Shown: positions 38,668 through 52,840 of the stretch, piece by piece
How positions within the stretch are numbered: the first letter of the stretch is position 1
Layout of the letters: each line of letters starts with the position of its first letter
Assembly (NCBI GenBank): GCA_964016885.1
Contig: CAXHJY010000437.1
Coordinates: forward strand, 186,001 to 250,000
Direction of reading: 5' to 3'
Source of the DNA: Eledone cirrhosa
Taxonomy: Eukaryota
Length of the DNA: 64,000 nucleotides
The notes under the pieces: generated by a model
What the model was told of the DNA's origin: nothing
The model's database searches: none
The model's input: the letters and a program-made list of their open reading frames with translations, nothing else
Translations under genes and position numbers: made by a program

Positions 38668-41090
38668 CATCATCATCATCATCATCATCAACGTTTAACG
38701 TCCGTGTTCCACGCTTGCATGGGTTTGGACGGGGGTAGTCCCACTTGAGGCAAGAGTGATTGTCTTGCTCGCATAGGACTGTCTGGCAGGTTTTCTACAG
38801 TTGGATGCCCTTCCTAACACCAACCACATTTACAGTGTGGGTCTGGGAGGTTTTTACCGTGTTGCCTACACGGCCACATTACAGCGTGGACTGTGTGTTT
38901 TTTTGTCGTGACACCTACACGATCTCATTTGTTTCGGCCTGGATGGCGCGGCACCAACATAACTTTACATAGAACGGGGTGCTGTGGATGGGGTGGGGGT
39001 GGCGGCGGGAGGGGTGTATTTTGTTAGAGATGCCTACTGGCAAGGCGGGTCTTCTCTGTTACTGAGTACCGCCAAAGGTCACGGTCCAGTGACATTGTCT
39101 TGGAAAGGTGTAAGTGTGTGAGGTCGGAGTTTATCAGCTCATCCCATGTTTTTCTAGGTCTGCCTATTCCGTGGCTACCGTCTATCTTTATTGCCCTGCA
39201 CTTTGTAATACAGCTATCGACTTTCATGCGCATCACGTGTCCATACCAACGCAGCCTTCTCTCGAGTAAACAACATCTGATCCCTCTTATCTCTAATTTT
39301 TTCCTTAGTTCGTTTATGCTTTGCCGTTCACGTATATTACTGTTACACATCCAGCGGAGCATGCAAGCTTCGTTCCTCTCTAGTCTGCGTATATCCTCTG
39401 CACACAATGCCCAGGTCTCACTACCATGCAACATTGCTGTTCGTATGCAGGCATCGTACAACCTGCCTTTCATTTTTAGGGAGAACCCTTTAGCAGCTAA
39501 TAGTGGTATAAGCTCTCTGAACTTTTTCCAACCAGTTCTGACTCTAGCTACAGTACTTTCAGAGCACCCTCCCCCACTGCTGATTTTATCGCCCAGGTAA
39601 CGGAAGCTGTCCACTATTTCTATAGAACCCTCTGCGCAATTGAAAGAGCTAGTATTTTGTGGGCACTTGCTGCTACTTATTGCACCAGAACACCGGCCAC
39701 ATGTAAAGTCTATGTTCTTAGTTAGCTTACCTGTGATCCCACTACATCTTTTATGCACCCATACTTTGCATTTAGGACATAAGATGGAGTTTCTACCTAC
39801 GCCTTTCCTACATACCGAGCACGACCATTTCCCAGAAGGGACCGCCGCCTTGTTTTCTTTCCTACAAACTAGAACTTTGGTCTTAGCCAGGTTAATTTTA
39901 AGTCCTTTTGACTCTAGGCCGTGCTTCCATGTTTGGAATTTCTTCTCTAGCTCGGCCATTGATTCCGCTATGAGTGTCAGGTCGTCTGCGTATAGGAGTT
40001 CCCATGGGCAGCCTGTCTTGAACTCCTCTGTTATAGCCTGAAGGGCAATAATAAATAGTAGGGGGCTGAGAACAGAGCCCTGATGGACGCCAACTTTTAC
40101 GCTAAACTCTTCACTATATTCGTTGTTAATTCTAACCTTGCTGACTGTTTCTTTATACATGGCTTGTATAGCCCTCACAAGCCATTCGTCAACGCCTAGT
40201 TTTCTAAGAGCCCACCAGATAATGGAGCGGGGGACTCTGTCGAAGGCTTTCTCCAGGTCGACAAAAGCTAAGTAGAGGGGTTTACCTTTAGCTAGGTACT
40301 TCTCCTGTAGTTGTCGTACTATGAAAAGAGCGTCTGTGGTGCTTTTGCCTGACACAAACCCGAACTGCATTTCATCTAGATCAATTCTCTCTCTGATTAG
40401 TTGCGCTATTACTTTTTCCGTGACCTTCATGACCTGGTCGATTAATTTAATGCCTCTATAGTTACTCCTATCTAGGGCGTCTCCTTTACCCTTATAACAG
40501 TTAACGATGATGCTGCTATGCCAGTCCTTCGGAACAACCCCATTCTGTACGACTTGGTTAACTATGCGGGTGACCATGGTGTGTCCCACCGTGCCAGATG
40601 CCTTCAGCATCTCAGCAACTATTTCCGAAGGCCCAGCCGCCTTACCAGTCTTCATATCCTTGATTGCCTTACTTATTATACTCCCCTCGACTAACACTGC
40701 TGGTCCCTCTATCGGGTCGATAAGGGGGAGACTGTCTTTCTCCCATTTATTCTCCTCATTTAGTAGCCTTTCATAGTGACACTTCCAAGCTACCTTCTTA
40801 TCAGTGTCGGTGATGGCAAGTATGCCATCATCGTTAAGTACACACTTCTCCCCGACAATATCACGGTTTTCCTTGACGCATTGCCTGGCAATCCTGAACA
40901 CCTCACGTTTTTGGTCATCGCGTTGTAGAACATGCTTGAACTTTCTTTCCTCAGCTTCCCTTCTTGCTAAGTACACTTCTCTCCTAGCTTCCCTCCTGGC
41001 CACTTGATAGTCTACTCTACTTCCCCCATCCCGCCATACTTTCCAAGCCTGCTTTTTGGCCTTAATTGACCCCTCCACCCTATTGTTCCC
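38667..41090 (-). mobile_element. RTE-A 5'-truncated copy with an uninterrupted 684-aa RT ORF (39024-41078)
   Basis: All RT motifs present; a small deletion at the stop gives read-through to RLASRHL; (CAT)n tail. Confidence 0.95.
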
Positions 41091-41305
41091 ATATATATAT
41101 GTATATGTATATATATGTATATATATGTATATGTATATATATGTATATATATGTATATGTATATATATATGTATGTATATATATATGTATATGTATGTAT
41201 ATATATATGTATATTAATTGACCCCTCCACCCTATTGTTCCCATATATATATGTATATGTATATATATGTATATATATGTATATGTATATATATGTATAT
41301 GTATA

Positions 41306-42430
41306 TCATCATCATCATCATCATCAGCGTTTAACGTCCGTGTTCCACGCTTGCATGGGTTTGGACGGGGGTAGTCCCACTTGAGGCAAGAGTGATTGTC
41401 TTGCTCGCATAGGACTGTCTGGCAGGTTTTCTACAGTTGGATGCCCTTCCTAACACCAACCACATTTACAGTGTGGGTCTGGGAGGTTTTTACCGTGTTG
41501 CCTACACGGCCACATTACAGCGTGGACTGTGTGTTTTTTTGTCGTGACACCTACACGATCTCATTTGTTTCGGCCTCGATGGCGCGGCACCAACATAACT
41601 TTACATAGAACGGGGTGGTGTGGATCGGGTGGGGGTGGTGGGACGGGGTGTATTTGTTAGAGATGCCTACTGGCTGGAGCAGGTTTTACTATATATTTAG
41701 GTAAGGCGGGTCTTCTCTGTTACTGAGTACCGCCAAAGGTCTCGGTCCAGTGACATTGTCTTGGAGAGGTGTAAGTGTGTGATGTCGGAGTTTATCAGCT
41801 CGTCCCAGGTTTTTCTAGGTCTGCCTATTCCGTGACTACCGTCTATCTTTATTGCCCTGCACTTTGTTATACAGCTATCGACTTTCATGCGCATCACGTG
41901 TCCATACCAACGTAGCCTTCTCTCGAGTAAACAACATCTGATCCCTCTTATCTCTAATTTATTCCTTAGTTCGTTTATGCTTTGCCGTTCACGTATATTA
42001 CTGTTACACATCCAGCGGAGCATGCAAGCTTCGTTCCTCTCTAGTCTGCGTATATCCTCTGCACACAATGCCCAGGTCTCACTGCCATGCAGCATTGCTG
42101 TTCGTATGCAGGCATCGTACAACCTGCCTTTCATTTTTAGTGAGAACCCTTTAGCAGCTAATAGTGGTATAAGCTCTCTGAACTTTTTCCAACCAGTTCT
42201 GACTCTAGCTACAGTACTTTCAGAGCACCCTCCCCCACTGCTGATTTTATCGCCCAGGTAACGGAAGCTGTCCACTATTTCTATAGAACCCTCTGCGCAA
42301 TTGAAAGAGCTAGTAGTTTGTGGGCACTTGCTGCTACTTATTGCACCAGAGCACCGGCCACATGTAAAATCTATGTTCTTAGTTAGCCTACCTGTGATCC
42401 CACTACATCTTTTATGCACCCATACTTTGC
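41306..42430 (-). mobile_element. RTE-A 5'-truncated copy (ORF 41697-42419)
   Basis: RT C-terminus, 3' UTR and (CAT)n tail; probable ~18-bp TSD at 41283-41300 / 42431-42448. Confidence 0.93.
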
Positions 42431-42808
42431 ATGTATATATATGTATATATATGTATATGTATATATATATGTATGTATATATATATGTATATGTATGTAT
42501 ATATATATGTATATGTATATATATATGTAAGTATCTATATAGATATAGTATGTATATATATAGAATATATATATAACTGCTCTGTAGAACAACTGATGTT
42601 ATTACATTGAGCTATTTATCTTACTGGTAATGAGGTAGTAATAAATTACTGACCTTCACTGTTTAGGGCTTAAAATATATATAACTATAATATGTTTTTG
42701 TATATACATAACCATAAATAGTATCCTTAATATTACGTATGTATATATATACGTATAAAAATGTGTATGTATATATATATGTGAATGTATATATATATAT
42801 ATATGTGA

Positions 42809-42846
<38 letters not shown>

Positions 42847-42865
42847 ATGTATATATATGTGAATG

Positions 42866-42904
<39 letters not shown>

Positions 42905-42939
42905 GTACATATATATGTATATATATGTGTATGTATACG

Positions 42940-43180
42940 AGAAAAAAAATACACAGTCCACGCCCTAATGTGGCCGTGTAGGTAGCACGGTGAAAAGTTC
43001 CCAGTTCCACACTTAAATGTGGTTGGTGTTAGGAAGGGCATCCAGCCATAGAAAACCTGCCAGATAGTCCTATATGAGCGAGACATGGTCACCCGACCAA
43101 CCTTGCCTCAAGTGGGACAACTCCCGTCTAACCCATGCTTTCGCGGAAAGTGGACGTTAAACGAGGATGATGATGATGAT
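42940..43180 (+). mobile_element. RTE 3' end fragment with (GAT)n tail
   Basis: GTGGTTGGTGTTAGGAAGGGCATCCAGC..GGACGTTAAACGAGGATGATG. Confidence 0.85.
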
Positions 43181-43203
43181 GTGTATGTATATATATGTAA
43201 ATG

Positions 43204-43241
<38 letters not shown>

Positions 43242-44328
43242 TATATATGTGTATATATGTATATATATGTATATGTATATATGTATGTGTATATATGTAT
43301 ATATCTATATATGTATATGTATATATGTATGTGTATATATGTATATATATGTATATGTATATATGTATGTGTATATATGTATATATATATGTATATATGT
43401 ATGTATGTGTGTGTATATATGTGTATATATGTATATATGTATATGTATGTATGTATGTGTATATATGTATATATGTATGTGTATGTGTATATATGTATAT
43501 ATGTATGTGTATATGTATATATATATATGTATGTGTATATGTATATATATATATATGTATATATGTATGTGTATATGTATATATGTATATGTATATATAT
43601 ATATATGTGTATGTATGTATATGTATACATATATATGTATGTGTACATATGTATATGTATATATGTATATGTATATGTATATATATATATATGTATGTGT
43701 ATATATGTATATGTATATATATATATATGTATGTGTATATATGTATATGTATATATATATATGTATGTGTATATATGTATATGTATATATGTATATGTAT
43801 ATATATATATGTATGTGTATATATGTATATGTATATATGTATATATGTATATGTATATATATATATATGTATATATGTATATGTATATATATATATGTAT
43901 GTGTATATATGTATATGTATATATATATATGTATGTGTATATATATCATCATCATCATCACCGTTTTACGTCCGTTCTTCCACGCTAGCATGGGTTAGAC
44001 GGGTTGTCCTGTTGTGGGCAGTGTCTGGTCGGCTGACCATGCCTTGCTCATACAGGAACTGATCTGTGTATATATATGTGTATATATATGTGTATATATA
44101 TATGTGTATATATATATGTGTATATATATATATTTTTATGTGTATATATAAGTGTATATATATGTGTATATATATATGTGTATATATATATATATGTATG
44201 TGTATATATATGTATGTGTATATATATATATGTGTATATATATATATATGTGTATATATATATATGTGTGTATGTATATATATGTGTGTATGTATATATA
44301 TATATATATATATATTTATATGTGTATG

Positions 44329-44367
<39 letters not shown>

Positions 44368-44570
44368 ATATGTATATATATATATAAATATGTATGTGTA
44401 TATGTATATATATATAAATATGTATGTGTATATGTATGTGTATATGTATATATATATAAATATGTATGTGTATATGTATGTGTATATATATATATATGTA
44501 TGTGTATATGTATATATGTGTATATGTATATATGTCTATACATGTATATACATATGTGTGTATATGTATG

Positions 44571-44600
<30 letters not shown>
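43181..44600. repeat. TA/TG compound microsatellite containing an RTE-B 3' end (43946-44065, minus)
   Basis: Direct reading; 43946-44065 is the reverse complement of 8343-8463. Confidence 0.9.
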
Positions 44601-44602
<2 letters not shown>

Positions 44603-46529
44603 CTATTAGTATCACATTAATCTGTCAAATTTTCCAATATAAAACATGTTTAAAGGCTGCTTTTCTGATGGGACGCTGCATATTTGAAATTCTATGTATA
44701 TATGCAAATGTATGCACTATACTCTGGCATATATACACTTGTATGCACATGTGTATGGAATAATATCTCTTTTCTAAACTTTTCTAATGTTGTTTTGATG
44801 TTGTAACAGTTGTTGTTCTTCCTGTTGTCTGTAAGATGCATGCACCAACTATAATACAGCTGATATATAATCTGTCTGTATTCTCATTACCAGCCAAATT
44901 CTTTTCAGTATCAGGCTTGTTTTCTACACATTCTGCGAAAATTGCAGATATTGGAATATTAACAAGGGCTATCTAACTAGCTCTGGAAAAAAATGGATGT
45001 TAGAATTGTTCATAGATAATGGCGATTATAATAATAGTATTTTTGTTACTGTTGTTGTTAGTGGTGGTGGCTAGCTTTGGTTGAGTAAATCTATTATTAA
45101 AGATGTTTTAGCTTTGAAAGTTCTTCAGCTGTAGTATACATTATCCAAAGCCTCTTTCCATTTTTTAAAAACACTAAGGTGGGATTTGAGGGAGATTTGG
45201 TTGCAAATTCTAGCAGATGACTGATCGTGAAAAGACTCCCTCATTGGCTCCTTATTGTTCATGTTGTTTAGCCTCAGGTCAACCCTAAACAAACAGATTT
45301 ATGATGAAAGGTGTTTTTGTCAGAACTTAATCATGCAGTGTGTCTTTCTTGAAACATTAGAATGCTATTTGAGGGATATATGGCTGTTATTTACTGTGCA
45401 CATCGTATAACAATGTAGCAATTCCCTTTTTGGCTCATTTTCATTGTTGACTAACACTTTTGATCATTAATTTTCTCAGTCAGTGTTGATTTAGTGCTAA
45501 ACATTAACAACATATGCATGATGTTTGTAGAAATTCATGAGAAATGAATTCAGTATGTGTAACATTGAGATGAGCTGAGTGAACAGCTAAGCATTAAAAT
45601 ATATATACAGAGAAATTAGTTGGGCCTGATCAGAGATGATAATACAAATACACAAGTGTTGGGTGAAAACCATACTGTGAGGTTACCGGTTGTGGAGGAG
45701 GATGTAGGAAAAGTGATATTAGACCTCATGGACAAGAGATGAAGGTGGAGATAAATAGGACATGATGATGATGGCAATAACCTGTTTAATACAAATGAAT
45801 GCTTTTATGTTCTGCCACACCCTACAAACTAGTTATATAGAGATAAATGAGTGAACAGGTAACTTGCTTTTCAAATTTTTGCAAATTAATGGTTGGAGAT
45901 AAAATATGGATGAGAAGGAAGCTGGAGAGGAATTCAATAACATTGTTCCAATCACTTCTAGTTCAGTTTCATTTACAAAAGAAAAAAATTAATGTGAGAA
46001 ATTAGCCAATCATTCTACTATCTGTTTTTAGTTTCCATAAATACCATTGATTTTAGCTCAGTCTCTGTGTTGTTTTTATATTATGTTGTATTTGTTTAGT
46101 TTTACAATACAATGGAAGTATTTCAGCACTTCAGTCTTTCAATTACACCCTCATGTCAAAAATATTTAGAATTTCTATCAAAAGATTTTGTTATTCAGAT
46201 GCTTAAATCACTATCTTTTAAAATCACAAATTTACGTTTTACTTTTTAGAAATGTTCATTTTTCTCTTTATTTCCTACTTGAAAAAAAGTTATCAGTTTA
46301 TGTAAATTTTTGCTTCTTTGATTAGGGTTTATTGAAAAATAAGAAGATATTAAAATCTGTAGAAATCTTTTGCAAATATATTTGTTGTTTTGGGATATAA
46401 CTATTGAAATACTTTATTTACTAGTATTGTACACATTCTTTTTACATCCCACACATATAAAGAATGAAACCTGAATTTTCCTTTAATTCATTAGTTTTCT
46501 TTTAACTGCATTATTTTTTTGTGTTAAAC

Positions 46530-46613
46530 AGCAGGAATATGTGTAGTAAAACAGGAATCTGTGTAGTAAAACAGGAATCTGTGTAGTAAAACAGGAATCT
46601 GTGTAGTAAAACA
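46530..46613. repeat. 20-bp tandem repeat GTGTAGTAAAACAGGAATCT, about 4 copies
   Basis: Direct reading. Confidence 0.9.
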
Positions 46614-46626
46614 GTCTGCAGAACAT

Positions 46627-46815
46627 TATTGGCAGTATCAGTAGAGGGTCGGACGCCATGCTTTCCAGTATAGAGTTACGCCCTTTATGGTCTGAGTTCA
46701 AATCCCGCCGAAGTTAACTTTGCCTTTCATCCTTACGGGGTCGATAAAATAAAGTACCAGTAATGCACTGGAATAATTGCTGGCCTTGTGCCAATAGTAG
46801 AAACAATTATAATAA
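46627..46815 (+). mobile_element. tRNA-derived SINE
   Basis: A-box-like TGGCAGTATCAGTAG, B-box GAGTTCAAATCC, central CTTTGCCTTTCATCCTTACGGGGTCGATAAA; a minus copy lies at 52310-52498. Confidence 0.8.
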
Positions 46816-47281
46816 TGTTGTTTCATAAAATAGCACCATATATGGCACCTGAATTATTTAGTTTCAAAATACTTCTACTTTCTGTTTGCCTTTCTCTTGT
46901 CTAGATACAAGATTGATACAGTGTAAGATTGATACAGTGTAAGAAGGTATGAGTATGTTAGTTCACATGGTTGATATGTCCCACTTGTTTTATAATGCCC
47001 TTTTCATATCCTTGCTTAAAACAATGGAGTTAAACTGCAATCAAAGGAAAGTCAAAGAGATTTTAGGATTATATTTAACTGCTTTACCCTTATTTCCTAT
47101 TCTTGCATGGATGAAATGGTTTATTTGTTTAATCAATTGTTTTTGATTATTTGAGGTTTATAGAGCTCCATACTCTTCCTCTGTTAATAATCTAGTTATG
47201 AAGTAGTAGAAGTAAAACCTTAACTTACTTTCTTGTCATGAAAATTGAAGTAAGCTTGGTTATGTGTCTTACTCAGAAACT

Positions 47282-47353
47282 CAATAGTTGCAGTGATGAG
47301 AACTCGTCTTTTATCCATGGATAAAAGACGAGTTCTCATCACTGCAACTATTG
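47282..47353. repeat. Perfect 72-bp spacerless palindrome
   Basis: CAATAGTTGC...TTATCCA|TGGATAA...GCAACTATTG; 36-bp arms. Confidence 0.95.
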
Positions 47354-48394
47354 TACTAATCTCACATAGTAATCTCTAGATTAACTGATGCTATTAACAG
47401 GATGTGGCAAAAGCAAATCGAAAGAACAAGAATACAGTGACATAACAATACTAATAATGATAATGATAAAACTACTACTACTACTGCTAAAGATATTTCG
47501 ATGATAAGTATTCCAGTTGTTCGGTCAACAGGATGGCCCACTCATTAAATATATATGTAAATATATTTGTAAATGACTGAGTATTCCACAGATCCACACA
47601 TACATATGTATACCCTTAACATAATTCTCAGAGAGGCTCATGATACAGTGTGTAACAAGGTTAGCCTTTTGAATTACCTATACAGTCAACCTAATAGACA
47701 TATGACCTGTTTATGTCCACTCAGTTTCACTTGCCATGTCTAGGTCAACCTGAGGCCATAGTAAAAGACACTTAACACTGCACACATTATGTAAGAAGAG
47801 TACTCTCAATTCAATAGAAATAACAACACTGCACATAGTGCACAGAGCTGTGACTGGTAATGCAGTGACATAATAAAAATAAGACTAATGGTGATAATTG
47901 TTTCTACTTTTGGCACAAGGCCAGTAATTATCCCAGTACGTTACTGGTACATGATGATAATAATAATAATTTTCATTGGCCATACTGGCAATATAAAAGT
48001 ATGTAGTCGACTAAAAACCTTGAAGGCAATGCTCCATGGCTGCAGTCCAATGACTGACTCAGGTAAACAGAAGTAAAGAAAAGAATATAAATATGCTTTA
48101 TAAATAGAAATATGTTCCATACATAAATGGATTTCATACATGAATATGTTTTTTACATATAGATGTGTATTATACAAATAAATATGCTTCCTACACATAA
48201 ATGTTTTATACACACATGCATATGTACACATACACATATATATGTTTTATACATAAATGTATATTATATATATGTATAATTACTATATATTCATAAATGT
48301 ACTTCACGTATATAAATATATATAAATGTGTTTTGCACTTATAAACTCTCTCTTCTGTCATTGCCAAGGTCAAAAACAAAATGATATTGAATTA

Positions 48395-49750
48395 TATCCA
48401 GTTGAAAATTGATCTACTACTTAGAAGAAACCAAAATGGGTTCTGTCCTGGAAGATTGACAGTGGCACACATTTTGGCACTTAATTGAGTGTGTCCAACA
48501 CAATAACAGAAAAGCTGTTATAATATTTGTTGATTTTAAGAATACAATATGAACATCAGTGGAAAATGTTCCATATTCACAAAGCTTCTTTTGCATACCA
48601 CCAAATCTAAATGTTATCAAGATATGTATGAAAATACAAATACGAAGGTAATTGCACCAGATAGAGAGACAGTTTTCATCGAAATAGGCACTGGTGTTTT
48701 TCAAGGAAACACCTTAACGTCACACCTCTTTGCTCTTACATTGGATTACACTATGGAAAAGGCTACAAATGAGAATGAAGAATAGCTTGGTTTCCAACTG
48801 GAGCAGATACAGAGAATTTCTCCAATTATTGTAATGGATTTTGACTTCACTGATAACATAGCATTAATTTCTTGGGGAATTAGTGCTATGCACAGCAACT
48901 ACTGCTTCCGATGGAAACAGAAGCTAGCAAAGTAGGATTACACCTAAATGCAAAGAAAACTAAAGTGTTGAGTTGCATCTATAGACCTCTCAGCATAATA
49001 TGTAGGACAGAAGATTACGCCAAGGAAGTGGACAACTTCAAATATCTAGGTGCTTGGACAGAAGGTAGTGAAAAAGATTTTTGGGTGAGAAAAGCACTTA
49101 ATCAGTGTACCACAAGTTGAAGAGGATATGAACATCATGGGTGAACACAAGACTTAACCCTTTAGCATTTACATTACTCTATATTTACTGTTATATGTTC
49201 ACAGTAAAGGCTTTACCTCACATAATATCGAATTTATGAGATCTTGATATTATTTATTTTGAGAACAATAATCAGTGTGAGCAGCCAGTTACGGCCAGTT
49301 TGAACAGAAAGAGGTGAGAGAATTCCGGCCGGATGTGGCCTGTTTACATGCTAAAGAGTTAAAGAAAGGCTTTTTATTGAAACACTTGAATCTGTTCTGT
49401 TTATGGAGCATAACAAAGCAAATAGAAAAGAGAATTAATGGCTGCTATACAAGAATGTTGTACATGACACTTAATGTTTCATGGAAACAGCAACTCGCCA
49501 GCAGAGAATTGTGTCAGCAGCTTCCACCAGTAATCGAAAAGATAAGGCAAAGGAGAATGGGATTTACAAACCAATGTGTTCATCACCATGAGAAAATAAC
49601 AAGGGATCTTGTTCTGTGAGAACCATCAGATGGATATACAAAATAGGAGTAGAAGGAAAAGAAATTACATTGATAACCTGCTAGAAGCTACAAAAATGGA
49701 TGATATAGGAAAGCTCAGAATGCTGATGATGCTTTTGAGGGCATGTGTAA
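48395..49750 (+). pseudogene. Old degenerate RTE-type RT from a third family
   Basis: RRNQNGF, IFVDFK, GVFQGNTL, DFTDNIAL, KVGLHLNAKKTK, VDNFKYLG, RINGCYTRML; many stops. Confidence 0.8.
49158..49358. mobile_element. piggyBac-type MITE with TTAA target duplication
   Basis: TTAA|CCCTTTAGCAT ... ATGCTAAAGAG|TTAA; interrupts the old RTE. Confidence 0.8.
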
Positions 49751-49859
49751 AGACAGTTGGGTAACCTGGTTATCTGCATAGGTAGATAGATAATACATAT
49801 AAATATATTTCATATATAAATGTATTATATATTACCCTATTATTTCTCTATTACATGTT

Positions 49860-50430
49860 CCAGCTGATAAGCTGAGACCATGCTGGGGCACAACTGATCA
49901 TCATCTAGTTATCTGCAGCGTGAGACTACCTAAAGCCAAAGAAGCCCAAAAAACTGGCAGATCCAGGTCGATCTACAAGATAAAGAGGGTAGCATTGGTG
50001 CATAAGGAAGTCAGGACCAGGTATGCAGATACTATTGCTGCCAACTTCAGAGAACTCTCTGTACAAACAGAGAATGTTGAAATAAGTGGAGATTGTTCAG
50101 CAGTTTCTGCTTCAGCTGTTAAATGCTGTGGTAGAAATAGGCTTGCTGTGGCACCAGATGACAAGAGGGCCTCTTGGTTCAATCAAGTGGTCAAAGATGC
50201 CATCCAAGCAAAGGAGGAGGCCTACAAAGTTTGGTTTGAAAATAAGTTCTACTTCAACATGAGGTTCAAGCAGGCACAAAGAATTGCAGCAGAGATGGTA
50301 AAGGTGCCCAAACATAAGATATGGGAGGACTTTTGGGTTGAGCTGGAATCCAACTTCAGATCAGTAAATAAAATGTTCTGGCAGACCATCAACCGACTTC
50401 GTAATAAGAAGTCCTCCTCCACACCTACTG
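49860..50430 (+). pseudogene. RTE-like endonuclease tail and linker fragment
   Basis: TDHHLV motif (~49893); WFNQVVKDAIQAKEEAYKVW; WEDF..LESNF..NKMFWQTINRLR. Confidence 0.7.
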
Positions 50431-51672
50431 GTGGTGGTGGTGGACTAAAGAGTTTTGATACACATAGATGTGCTTTATACATATAAATATGTTTTATACA
50501 TAAAATGTTTTATCCATAATGAATGTTATAAACTTACCAAAAACAATGTTTTCATATTTGATTTATTTGATTACCTGCAATTTCCATATGTATGCAGTGA
50601 ATATGTATTGTCTTACAACTTTTTTAGTTCAAATGCTATCTCAAATTTTCACTATCAGTTACAATGTCCTTGTTTTACTTGCTTCCAACTAGAAATGTCT
50701 AACAGACTACTTTGTACATACATCTCATATGATATACTTTTGTATGTCTGTGTGTACATATATTTACATATGCGGCAGATATGTTTTTAATTATTTGTGT
50801 GTATATGTGTGAGTGTATGTATGTGTAGATCTGTATGAGTGTAAATGTGTAAGAGTATGCATCTGTGTGTGTGTCTCTCTCTCTCTCTCTCTCTGTGAGT
50901 GCATGTGTGTATGTTTATTTTCATTTCTTAGAATTTCAAATTAACTGTTTAATATCTCTGGGGCAAAAATCTATTGAATTATTAATAAAATCTATTAAAT
51001 TATTCAGACCTCATTATTTGTATGTTGTAAGTGAATTTTCTTCAACTCCCTCCTCCTCGTTATCATCAATATCATACATACACACTCACACACAGAGCTA
51101 AGTATATATGTATATCTGTATATCATATATATATACATATATGTATATATACAGCTCTATTCTTCTGATGCTTTCTTCTCCCACAAAGATATATATATAT
51201 ACATGTATGTATGCACATATATATATATGTGTGTGTGTCCTTACAGTATCAAGATAAAAATTTTGGTGTATAGAACTAAATGTATGACATTTAAATTGAA
51301 CAATAGATTATGAAGAGGACCAGTTAGACCTGGGGACAAAAACAAACATAGAAAGTGATGTACAGAAAGGAAAATATTGGCTGGCAATAACTGCCACAAC
51401 TAGATGGTGTGGAAGACACTGAGATGAAAGACTAAGACAATAGTCATGTGATAGGAGAAGAGATATGGTCACAGTAAATAAGCAACAGCAAAAGAAAAGG
51501 AGGGGTAGCCCTGTGTGTCACAGATGATGTTGCAATATTGGCAACAGGTACAAACATTTGTGGTTATTAACCATGGAAATGTATGTACATTGTTTCGACC
51601 CCTACCAACTATATTGCTGTTTCATCCAGGGTTACAATGTCTGACAAAGTAGTTAAACATTGTCCTTGGAGT

Positions 51673-51674
<2 letters not shown>

Positions 51675-51707
<33 letters not shown>

Positions 51708-52240
51708 AAATATTGTGTACAGTGCTCAGATGCACTACAACTCATCAAAAAGTGCATGTATAGTACATAGGGTATGTACAAACATCAGGAAAATGAACAG
51801 CGCATGAGTCATGATATACACATGTGTGCATGTGTATGGAAGGGGTACATCAGGTGTAGTTTTGACGAATTTTGGGAAGCATGAGGGTTTTAAAGGATGC
51901 AGTGTCTCGGCAGCTAACAACTGACGCAAGCAGTTTGTTCCATGCTTCAGCAACTCTAAGCGTGAAAAAATGTTTCAGAAAGTCATGGGAGCTGTGCTGT
52001 TTTCTGACTTTGTAGGCATGTCCACGTGTATTAGACACATGGAGATCAAAAAGGTGCTCAGGGTTGTTGTTGGCGAGATGGTTAATAACTTTGTGGGTAT
52101 TTACCAAGTCCATTGCCAGACGTCGGAGCTTCAATGAATCCATGCCCAGAGAAGCAAGGTGTCAGAGTATGGTAGGTGTCTGATGGAGGGTATGCACTTG
52201 GTTGCACGTCTCTGAACAGTTTCCAGGAGGTCAATGTTCC
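51675..52240 (-). mobile_element. CR1-like LINE 3' fragment with (ATT)n tail
   Basis: ORF 51850-52143 is nearly identical to the C-terminus of 62250-63299. Confidence 0.9.
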
Positions 52241-52309
52241 TTGTTGCCATTTTTTTCATTATATCAAAGACAAAAACAAAATAAAATTTATTCATGAGTG
52301 AATAATAAT

Positions 52310-52498
52310 AATATCATAATTGTTTCTACTTTTGGCACAAGGCCAGCAAATACCCCATTACATTACTGGTACTTTATTTCATCGACCCCGTAAGGATGAA
52401 AGACAAAGTTAACCTCGACGGGATTTGAACTCAGACCATAAAGGGACGTAACAATGCTGGAAAGCATGGCGTCCAACCCTCTACCGATACTGCCAATT
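52310..52498 (-). mobile_element. tRNA-derived SINE (same family as 46627)
   Basis: Reverse-complement match to 46627-46815. Confidence 0.8.
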
Positions 52499-52840
52499 AA
52501 TATTTATTTTGTTTGCAAGCAAAAAGCCTCACAAACATCATGTGTGTTTTTTAGATGAACAACTTCATCCTGTTCCAGCGGTAGCTGAGAGAAAACAATT
52601 GTTTTGGGGTGTTTGCTCCTTATCAAGATTGTGTATTCTCGTCTCTGTTACCCACTGGAACTACTGAGAGTATATAGTATATATCGGCTGATTAGCCTCA
52701 TTTGCATACCGAGTGACTTTTGCAGCCGGCTTTGTCAAAAATTAAAAAACAAAATTTGTTTTTGTTCTTAACATGGTGGATACCTAAATGTATTCATAAC
52801 TGAATAATAATAATATTATTATTATATCATAATATTATTA

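Noticed and set aside
46627-46705. tRNA gene
   Set aside because: A/B boxes belong to a SINE head; no cloverleaf
51300-51650. Possible APE endonuclease remnant (RKGGVALCV)
   Set aside because: A single motif only; too degenerate to call
52670-52730. Octamer ATTTGCAT with nearby TATA-like sequence
   Set aside because: Short motifs expected by chance; no linked snRNA or gene recognised
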